Source of the DNA: Marsupella aquatica
Taxonomy: Eukaryota > Plantae > Marchantiophyta
Direction: 5' to 3'
Length of the DNA: 64,000 nt
NCBI GenBank assembly: GCA_973895155.1
Contig: OZ316894.1
Span: 7,526,234-7,590,233, forward strand
This document shows, piece by piece, positions 1-10,800 of this stretch. Position 1 is the stretch's first letter. Each line of letters starts with the position of its first letter. The position numbers and the translations under genes are program-made. The notes under the pieces were generated by a model. It saw only the letters and a program-made list of their open reading frames with translations. It was not told the origin of the DNA and searched no databases.

Positions 1-3000
1 TTAGAAATTAGATCAAGAAGCAACAACCATGATTGTGCAATTTGGTGGCAAGATTGTTAAGTACATCCTTAGTCGTTTGACGCCTTATGGGATGCCCTGT
101 CATATTCTTCACGGCTTCAATGTATGTAATGACTTAAATTAATTCTATTACAAACTTAGTTCACTTTGGCTATTGGTGTTTTTACAGCTATGGTTTGGCA
201 ATCTAACTCAGATGACACCAAATTAGGAAGGAACTTAGATTCAATTGTTGAATGACAACAAACACTTTACATATCCTCCAGCAAGAGCAAAGGTAACATT
301 TCCATTAAAGAGACAACTTCATATGTACAAGTAGCTGACTTGATTGAATTGAATATCAAGTCAAGAGTGTGAGGAAACTATTTCTCTACACTTGTCATGG
401 AAAAAGGCTTTGGATAAATAAATTCCTAATAGGAACCAAACTACAATAAATTAGCCAAACAATCTTATGGGAACTAGAACTAGTATCCAAACACAACTAC
501 CGAGTTCGTTGAGCATTACTCACATGGTGTTAAAGCTGGTGGAGGTGTATATACAAGATTCATCAGCTTCTCCACCTCACCTCAATTCAAACCTTCCACT
601 TATGAATTATAGCTCTATAATAATGCGTTGAGTGTGTAATGACTCTTAGTGCACATAAAGTTTTTGCCACCATGAGGTTTGTGCAAGTGTGTAAGCTCTA
701 TTTGTTGCAATTTTAGCCAACTTTAAGTTGTATAGCCTTATGATGATCTTCTATGTCAGCCCCTCCAGGCCTCTATTTCTCCTTGCTCCCCATTAGGTCC
801 CTATGGAAATTGGTCTTATCCTTGCACTTCTCAACGTATAAAGTTGCCCAACAAACAAATTTTGGATGTTTTAATCATATCTAGTGATGCCCTCTCCTTG
901 GTGTTGGATGTAGCCCTTGTTTGTCCTTGTGTTCTTAGTGAATTGGGTGTTGTTGTAAGGCAAGTTGGAGGATTATCTTGTTGTTGTGTTGGAACAACCT
1001 TCTGGTCGTGAGCAAGAGAAACTATCTTTAAACCATTCAAGATCCTCCTCAACATTTTTATTACGGATCCCATGAGAGGTCCCTTCCAAAATTCCTGGCA
1101 CCACAGTGTGCGACGTCAACAACAACCGCAACAAGCAAGACTCATCAGTTTTGTGAATCAAACTTATAACTTTCATTCGTGTTTGTGTCAATTTGGGTGT
1201 AAATTTTGGGACGCCATGCCGTAAAAGGAAAAGTAAACAATTAGAAATGCAAAGAGCAAGACGATTAAAACTGTCACTATGTAACCGTTTTAGTTATTTA
1301 TCCAATTTTAAAACTTAGATTCAAATTTTTTTAAAGTTTTTTTCATATAATAAATAATGACTAATAACTAACTTGATAACTTCCTTGTTAAAGGGCAATT
1401 GGCACCTGGAGTAAGATTTCCGGCCCTTTGGAATTAAGGTAAACTGCAAGCCATGGTCCAAACTTGAACTCAACAAACTGATACAATTTATTTGATTAGA
1501 CATTCACTAATTTCAAATGGACTTGCCATGGATTGAATTCTGACTCTTGTAACTTGAGAATTTGGTAGCATGTGGCGGAAAGGCCTGATTTTGACAACTG
1601 CTTGTGATAACCATGCTATCAATTAGCCAAGGGGTCCACAAACTAATTACATTATCTATGGAGTACCGCCACAAAATGCTGTAAGTGAGGAATGAATTGG
1701 CACCTTGGAGCACTACTTTGCCCACATCAACATCTCATTCATAAGAGCATTGATAAGTTGTAACGACAATGTCAATGATAAGCAATTGATCTCATAATTT
1801 ACGTTCAAAAATCTTTAACAAACAGAAGAGGCAATTAGTTCAAATTGATATGCGCATTCTCCCATCCGTGGTTTCACACAGAATAAAGTGAAAATTTTAA
1901 AAATAAAATTTAAAAAAATAAAATAATTCAATAAGGCATATCATCCATATCTTCAAGAAGATAGATGAGGTCCTTTAATTTGCACGTTGCACAGAAGGTT
2001 AAGGCATAAGATGCCTTGCCCACCTGAATTTGGAGTAGCCATTGCTAAATCTGATAACAAATCAAAGATGAATGAGTCTGGCATTTTGTCAAATCAACAT
2101 AAGACAAGACCACGAAATCAAGGTTGGCAATAACAGTTCAAGCCATTGGATTGTCCATGTTTGTTGCTCTCGTCACCCTTGTCACTCTTGCAAGCACACT
2201 TTTGTGTTTCAGCTGTGAGACATTTCAAAATAGTTTGCTGTTATTTGAATGGCAAGGACTGGAAGCCTTCTTTTAAATTGAGGAAGAGGGAATTACACTA
2301 GAGATAAATGAGGGCATTGAGAGTTGAGACGTGTTGTGAAGGAGGGGCACCGTCTGTGAAAACCCTTTGTAGAAGGTAATAACCAGGGTTTTCATGCATT
2401 ACCCTCGGTAGTACCATGAATGTACTCTTATTTGTCTTAAATGAATTTGTCTAGGTAACTACCTTTAAAATTCACTTCATTTAGAATCCTCCATTTAATT
2501 TTTGTCCTCTCATCTATCTATCCAATGTGCACCTCTTCATGGCTCCAAATATTTCAAATCAAAACAAGCTTACATAACCAAGGGGTCACCTAATTTCCTA
2601 CTTTTCAATCAAAAGTTTGTTTTTTTAATGCTTGCAGTCCACAAAAGATTCAATTTGAGGGGGGGGGGGGGATTTTAGAACAATTGCACAAAGTAAATGG
2701 CACTACAGTATCCCTATCAAGACATTATATTATTTACTTTGTCTTACCCCTTTGCTTGTTGTTTTAAAATTTACTTCTCAATTTTTGATCTTCTTACAAT
2801 TACTAGGCTCAATTGTTTTCCTTTGCTTTGTATCAAAGGCAGCATTGTTACTTTTCTTCTTGTTGAAAACTTCATTATTCCGTTTGTGACCTGTTTAGGG
2901 TAATAAGAGCCCTGCCGGTAATAACCAGGATTTTCATGAAAATTGACAAGGTCATCCTCGCAAGGTGGTCGCCACTCTCCCGTTGCCTAGAAACGTGGCT

Positions 3001-3330
3001 TTCGTGAGAGAGACAGCCTTATTTCTCCTGGAAAAAGGCTTGGGAGCCCAGGTTTTCATTCGAATCGAGGCCCTGCTCAGTCCACTACCACCCAGCCTGG
3101 GGCCGACCGATGGCAACTACCGCTAGTCCCCGGCTACTGAACCTGGCACATTCGAGCAAAGGACAGCACTTGTGGGCTACTAACTAAATCCAAATTAGCA
3201 GTAATTAGTGTGGGCATAAACTTTCATATTTAGTAAATTTTTGATCGCTGCATTAACTGTTCATTTGGAAGGATTCCCTGTCGACCTCAACCCCTGGCTG
3301 TCCGCCGGGAGGAGGAGGGTACTTACGCAG

Positions 3331-3612
3331 TACGTAAATCCTGTCAGGAGAAGAGGTTACCGGTGTGTAACCATTTCTACAAGGGACTGCTATAGTCATA
3401 ATCTGGTGTCCTGAAAAATTGAGTCGGTAACCTCTTTCCGGGCAGGAGTTACGTACGCTAATGCAGGGCAGGGCCGGGGTTATAGGCTGTAACCTGCTCC
3501 CGGAATATTCAAAGAAACTCCCTGACTACCGCCGGTCAGTTTCTTTTCATATTCCGGACGTAGGGTTATAGCCTAGTAACCCTGCGCCCAGACCTGCATT
3601 ACCCTATACGTA
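3331..3612. repeat. Two adjacent imperfect inverted repeats (fold-back hairpins) bounded by TACGTA palindromes
   Basis: Arm 3331-3362 (tacgtaaatcctgtcaggagaagaggttaccg) pairs with 3425-3455. Arm 3450-3519 pairs with 3538-3612. TACGTA occurs at 3331, 3450 and 3607. Confidence 0.8.
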
Positions 3613-3790
3613 TGGTCAATTGTACAGTCCTTTCTGGCCGTTGCTCGCCCACCATGGATTCCTTTCTGGCAAACGGTCTCGATTGTTTCCATGAAAATCC
3701 TCCCGAGTCTATCCGCCAACCCTTTCTCCGTAAGATTTCGGCGAATATTCGCCCCCAAAATCAATGGCCCCGTCCTGCCCGCTCCCCGAC

Positions 3791-3997
3791 GTCCCCAGGG
3801 AATGAAGTGCAGTACCTACGGAGCCCCTCGTTAAGGACAGCGTTGTGCAAAATGGGACGCCCTAGCGAACTCTACAATAATAATAAATCATCGAAGGTTT
3901 TGCCCACTGCCCAACGTCCCAAGGGAATGAGGTGCAGTACCTACGGAGCCCCTGGTGAAGGACAGCCCCTAGCGAAGGGCACACGCTCTACAATAAA
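3791..3997 (+). repeat. Direct duplication (about 125-bp period) in the putative E(z) promoter
   Basis: The block gtccc(c/a)agggaatga(a/g)gtgcagtacctacggagcccct...aaggacagc...cctagcgaa...ctctacaataa occurs at about 3791 and about 3916. A CT-rich leader-like tract follows at about 4030-4110. Confidence 0.8.
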
Positions 3998-4869
3998 TCT
4001 AAGGTTCAAAGCGCCCCCTAAGTAAAAAGTCATTTCCCCACACTCCTGGCTTCCTTCCCCTCTCCAGTCTCCTCTCCTCTCCTCCAGTGCTCGCTCGCTC
4101 GCTCTCTCTGCGAGTGCGGGAACACCACCGATCGAGAGCGAGCGCCAGTCTAATAACTCGAAATCCACTTTTCCGCTGCCTTCTTCCTCGCTGCCCCCTC
4201 ACTCAGTCTGCTTCTTCGCCATGTAAAATGCTCTGGCCGCGTCGTCTGTTAGCACGATTTGGAACTGCTAACGAGATGGCGCATTCGCGATGCGGAAAAC
4301 GAGGGCCGATTGTCGAAAACGAGACGGAGCATTCAAGCATTGCGTCGTCAATGCTGTTGTGAGCCCAATCGGGACCGCTGTACTGTGTAATGAGCGGAAA
4401 AGTTTGGGCAGGATGCGGAAAACGCAGAGTGTCGACGACGACGAAGGGAAGGGGCGTTTGAACAATTGGCCGTCATTGGTGTGGTGCCAGTCGTGACCTC
4501 GCGGAACCTTTCTGAATTAGGAGTTTTGAAAAATCGGAGCATTGGCGCGGCGCGGCGCGGGCGGTGCGGTGCGGTGCTCCAGGGTATGTCGAAACCCGTC
4601 GCTGACAAATCCTTCCATGTTTGTCCGCTCTTCTTCGGCTGACGTGAGATGAGCGTGCCCTGATTTTTTGGAATGTTTTAGACCTGTTTCGGATTTTTTG
4701 GAGTCTGCTTACACGGCATGGGAATCCCTTGTGACGGATGGTTCGGCTGTTTTGAAAATTGTATCGGAAATGCGTCGGGCTTTGAGATACTCTTGATCGG
4801 GCATATGCACAACGGGATGAATATGTGACCGGCGGAAACTGACAATGCGCACCAAAAGTTGCAGGAACG

Positions 4870-7800
4870 ATGGAAACCAGCAGTTCCAGGCATAGCGCCC
4901 CTGATGACGACGACGACTTGTCAAATAAGTCGGCGCTGATTGCAATCGTGACGACTTTGTCGAAGTTGAAGAGGAAGGTTTTGTGTAATCGGGGTATCGA
5001 TGTCACGGTATGTGGAACTCGTCATTGATGAGCCTCTCATTTCCTCTCCTGTGCTTCAACCTCATGATTAATGCAGCTGGGTTTGTTTTATTTGGAATTG
5101 TCGGAATTTGTCTAAGATTACTAGAAGTTCTTCAGAACGGAGCATGGACATTTCTCGTAAGTTGATTTCGCTTTTCTGGACTTGTCATTGATAAGACGTC
5201 CCATTTCCCGTTCTGCGATTGAATGTTATGAATATTCCCAGGGGTTTATCGTTTAACTTGAGCATTTCCTTTGACGATTCCGAGTAGTTGTCCGAACAGA
5301 GCTTGGACATCCTATTTTCCGGTGTTTCAGCTTTCTGGGCTTGTTATTGACAAATCTCTCATTTACTCTCCTGTGATTGAAAAGTTAACATGTTCGCAGT
5401 TTCATTTTATCTGACGTTGTAGACTTCATGTACTACGTCAAGAAGCACTTGAACATGTGTTCCGATTTTCTTGGAAAGGTGTGGCAAATGTATGGTTGAC
5501 AGTGAGTTACTTTTGTTATTTACATGGGCAACTTGTGCATCAAACATCGCAGGAAAAGATGCGGAGCAATAGTGCAAAGCTACGCAAGTACACAAATGGT
5601 CTCAATGAGTCAGCCAAGGAGTGGGGTACCAATTCTGTACTTGGAGAGGATAAATTAACGTTCCGAAAGCAAAAGGTGCTCCACAACTTCAGTAGCACAG
5701 ACAGTGGGAGTGGGAGCAAAGATGATTTACCAGCCCCCATCATCTTTGGTGGTTCTGGTGGAAAAGGCGGGCTCAGGCCTAGTAAGCTTCCACCTCAGCC
5801 GAATGTGCCTCCTTACACGACGTGGATTTACTTGGACAGGTAACTCCTATCCTCGCTGCTCATCAAATGGTTTTTGACGTAACCAGTTGTCAAAGTTGGT
5901 AGGAGCCTTCTTAACTGTTGCATGTCAAAAGCGAGGTATTAATTCACCTGACTCATAGGTCTCGAAATGATGTACTACAGTTCTACGCAGTTACCATTCA
6001 TCCCACGCATAAATCGTGTTTAATGACCTAGGTTTGGGTTGTCTTTTGTCGATATTGCTTACTTAGCCGGATGAGAAATTCAACATTTCGATTAACGTGT
6101 CGCTTTCCTGGTGAATTAACGTGTCGCTTTAGCCGCATGTATTGAAGTTAGTTTCCCAAATCCTCATTTGCCTTTTAAGGCAATTTTTCCTTACAGAAAG
6201 GACAGTCTGTATGTCAGTCAGAATGACTAGTGATAAATGCACCCTCTCACAGAAATCAACGTATGACTGAGGACCAGTCAGTTCAAGGGCGCAGACGGAT
6301 CTACTATGATCCGGTTGGAAATGAAACATTAATTGCCAGTGACAGTGAGGAGGAGGAACCCGAGGAAGAGGAACCCAAACATGATTTTAGCAAGGGTGAA
6401 GATTACATTATATGGTACATAACGTTGCCCATATCATTCAGATTCTTTTCACAGATATTGTTGCATTTTCTCGAAATGAACCAATATCAAGTATTGCTTT
6501 TTTATGTACTGCTGCGATGCTGCATCTGACCCCAATAGCAGTTGTGGTCGATTGCTCATTGACTGCCAAAACTAAGATGGATAGTTCTGTTTCTGCTGTA
6601 CTCTGACATTTATGGTTGAAGGTCTCTCCTAGTTGTTTTTTCAAACCATTCAAATATGTACAGGACGGCAGTGCAGGAGCGTGGAGCTAGTGGTCTTCTT
6701 TTTGATCAGATTGCACAGTTCTTCCATGTGAATCGTGATGAGGTTCAGGTACGTTCCTCCTTCCGCGTCTTTCCTTCAAACCGTCTTTCAGAGCTGGGTC
6801 TGGGACGTTCATCATAGATGTCAAATGTCTAGCGAGCGCAAAAATTATCATTTGAATTTATTGCGCATTTGTTCAATTCTGGTTCATTTGTGTCAATCCA
6901 TTTGGTCATGAGGCTTCAAACTGGAAATGTCATCAATTAAGGGATGCGCTGTCAATGGCTATCGATCTTTTGTCCTCATTGAGAAGCAATTTTTACCGCA
7001 GGCAAGGTACGAGTTGCTTTTGAAAGACGTAGATAAACAAGCAAAGTGTGAAGCTCACGGTGAGGGTATTCGTTTTAAAGTACCTTCCCCTGTTGGTAGG
7101 CGCAAAGTGATAAGGGACGTCGGTCGCCTAACTTATAAAGAGACAATATCTGGTTCAAAGGAACATATGAAAACTGATGGTAATGGCAAGACTATGAAGC
7201 CGGACGACGAGAAGGTCGAAGCTAAGGATTTGGTTGCAGCGATGGATTCATTTGACAACTTATTTTGTCGCCGCTGCCTGGTACTGTTTTGATGGTGGCT
7301 TGTTTCAGTTCAAAATCTTTGATTCACGGTTTTAGGTCGCATAACGTAACATGACAAGGGAAAAGATATGAAAAAGTTCATGCATTGTCCTCAGTGCTAA
7401 TGCCAGATACTATTCTCTGTGCTGGGGCTTTCTAAGCTTCTGTTGTAGTTAGTTTGACGAAGTAAATCTTACAGGCATGTGGATTCTGTTTTGGTACCAG
7501 GTCTTCGATTGTCGGTTACATGGATGCTCCCAGCCTCTTGTCCATCCTGTAAGGTTAACTTCACTCATTTTTGCTTCTTTTGGTGCCCTTACTCTGTCGT
7601 GAATGATAGTGTCAGTTTTCGTGAAAGAGCAGTTTATGCCGAATGACTCTCGCATTATGCTCCTGATGCTGCGCAGAGTGAAAGACAACCCGCATCCAAC
7701 ACCGATTCAGAGGCAACGTCGCCTTGTGGCCCCAACTGTTACATGCTGGTATAGTTACTCTTCCTATCTGCGCTCATAAGAACTCGAATTAGAAAGCCAA

Positions 7801-10800
7801 GAAATTGTACTCCTTGTAAATTCTTTGCTGCCATGGAACCCCCGAGAAGTTTTGTGAGGAAACAAATAGTGATTTGAGAACGGTGGGATGTGGATTAAAG
7901 TCCTTCAAAACGAGCTTGTAGTGCTGGTGGCCACAGCTCAGCTTTAAAGAGAGTTTCCATCAGCTTCGAGGCTATTGAAGGTTCTTACATAGATTCTATC
8001 ACCTCGTGATTTTGCAGTAGTGAGGGAATTAATGGATTGAGATGAAACTACACAGATCTCCAAATGAGGAGCAAAGGATAGACGGTACGGCCAGACGGCC
8101 ACCAAAACGAAAAGGAGTAGAGGAAATCAAGATTTTTGTTATGCCTCTTTTAATTCTATAAAAGGTTCAATGGGAATGCGTCTAACCGTCTTGTCGTATG
8201 GTTCACGTCGCAGCGCGCTCGAGGTGAAGTCTCAAATCCTTTGATGCTAGGCATGGTGGAGTCAAAAGCTGGAGAGTTAGCTCGTTTGACAGAGGGTGCA
8301 GATACAGCAAGGCTTGCTAAGACACAACAGGAAGGTGAAATGCCCGTCGGCGGTGAGAACCTGGGGTCTGCAATCGCAATTTTTGATCGAACAGCCAAAG
8401 TTTCCCCTTGTGCTGCGGACTTGGATTCCCTTCCTGATAGGGTAGCTGGGAAGTTAGCTTGTTCTACAGAGGGGGTAGACACAGCAAGGTTTTCTAAAAG
8501 GCAAAAGGAAGGTGAAATGCCAGTGGGTGGCGAGAAACTGGGGTCTGCAATCACAAGTTTTGATCGAACAGCCAAAGTGTCCCCGTGTGCTGCGCAATTG
8601 AATTCCCTTCCTGATAAGGTAGCAAAGTTATCGGTCAAGAGTCATGACATTGACATCACGTCCGGCCGAACTGCAGACTCACCGATCATCCTGGGTTTGA
8701 TAGAAGAATCTACTGCTTTGAAGAGGGAGCCACCTTCAGTAGCTTCTAGACTTACTTCACACAAGAAACTCGCAAGGAGTACTACTAGAAGAGCAATTGA
8801 AGAGAACGGTATAATCGGTGGTGAACCACAGCATCGTCAGAAACAAGTGACGTTCATTGATTTAACTGGAATGGATGGAGAATTCTCCAGTGAAAATGGT
8901 AATGACCCTCCGAAGAACCTTGTGGGAGCGGTGACGGGCATGGTGGTAGATGGCATGACAGGATCAGAGCTGCATGAAGTTAAACAAGTGTTTAGGGAAG
9001 GTCATGGAGAGGAGGTAGTTCTCCAACAAGAGAAAACCAGATTCTCTTGTACGAAGAAACTAGCTAGGAGTACCAAGAGGGTACTCGAAGAAAATTTGCA
9101 GTCACCTGCTAAGAGACAGCAGAGCCAACCTCAAGGAGATCGAATGGAGGTCGATCAGGTTGAGCTAGGCACTGGACCGCACCAGTGGACGCTTGCAAGG
9201 AACTCAAAACAAGAACCGTTTACAGGTGATGTAAATACGCCACCCAGGTCGTCCGAAGGGGTGAAAACGGAAAATCGTTGGACAGGAGCCGAATTTTTCA
9301 AAGAGAAAAGTAATGTTACATCACCTAAGAAACTGGCCAGGAGTGCGAGGAAGCCGATTGCGGGAAAACAACTGTGCACTGTTGAGGGACAGAAGCCCCA
9401 GACTTTAGGAAAAGTACTGGTATCAAGCCCGGCAGGCGATGGACCAGCTAACGACGAAAACATTAGAAATAGCGCAGCTAGAAAGCTTGCAAGGAGTGCA
9501 AGGAAGGCTTTTGCAGAGAAGCTTGCGGGTGCTATTCAACAGCGCCAGCTTCAATCACAGATAGACCTCGCTAGTAAAACCCGTGCAGAAAAGGAAAATG
9601 CGAAAGAAGAAAGGTTTGAGACAAGTGGTCCTCTCCAAGTTTCAAACATTGGTGGTGCTATTGTTCCATTCACTGGGGGAGAAAAATCACACACCCAGTT
9701 GAACAGAGGTGACAAAGCCTATGGGGTTAACAGCAATCACCTCATGAACAACAGCAAGCACATTTTGGCAGACAGTCATGAAAACTCTAACAACGATGGA
9801 GAAAACCAAGTATTGGTTTCCAGGACCGAGGATGCTCACAAACCGGCTGAATTCAAGGACGATTGGACAGCTTTAGAAAAAGGCCTGTACGAAAAGGGCC
9901 TGCAAATTTTTGGAAAAAACAGGTAAGCAGTCTTTCTGGAGACCTAGCTTGTTAGTTCATCGTCGTATTTGATTGTGTTGTCTGTCAAGGTAAGTTTTTG
10001 GCAGGTGCTTGAAAACGCATGCAGTACTTGCCGATTTTTCCTTCTGGTCTGAACCTCTTCGATTGGTAGGCGTGGATGGAAGTAGAAGCCCAACTGTCAT
10101 CAGTAGTGTTGAATTCGAATGTCCATTTTGTTCGAGATGGAATGTTGGCCACGTACTTGGGTTATTCATCTCTTAAGACGCTAGTTCTAGACTTCCAAGT
10201 AATGTTTTAAATCCTTTTTTCGTTCTTGATGTCACGTCTCACTATCTGTTTTGTCGTCTCCTTGGAATTTTGAGTTTGATTTTCCTAGTGGCTAATGAAA
10301 AGGTAGCTATACTGACATGTAGTTTTCTTATTGCTGCAGCTGTAGGATTGCAAACAATATGCTTAAAGGATGCAAAACCTGCGCAGAAGTTAGGGAGTAT
10401 TTAATTGCGCAAGAAGCAGCTGCTAAGCGAGGATCAGAAGGTGGCCTCCACCAGTTTCCTAATAGTTTGGCTTGCGTCCTGAAGTGGGTAAGCTTTCAAT
10501 TGCTGGTGTCTGTAAGGCTGAGAAATCAGTGGAACGTATTTATTGTAGTTACTGTTAGCCTAGATTTAAAAAATGGATAGTATTAAATCTCTTGTTTTTA
10601 AGCCAGCAGCTCATAAGGCTGTCGGTCCTGTGTTGTTTCTTCAATCATTTTAAGTTCGTTTGTTACGGAAAATTAACAGGATTGTGGGAATCCTTCGTAA
10701 CAGGATGTAGCACGAGCTAGAGCGAGGTTCTATGGAAGGAGAAAGGGGAGTCGAAAGCTGAAATTTACTCTCAAGTCAGCTGGTCAATCTGCAATTCGGA

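Noticed and set aside
1-560. Possible L1-type LINE remnant (frame 2: FGGKIVKYILSRLTPYGMPC)
   Set aside because: The resemblance to the post-RT region is faint and broken by stops; too little to support a call.
3573-5006. Several 60-177 aa ORFs on both strands upstream of and overlapping the E(z) start
   Set aside because: No domain signatures. They are expected by chance in GC-rich promoter and leader DNA, or are antisense shadows of exon 1.
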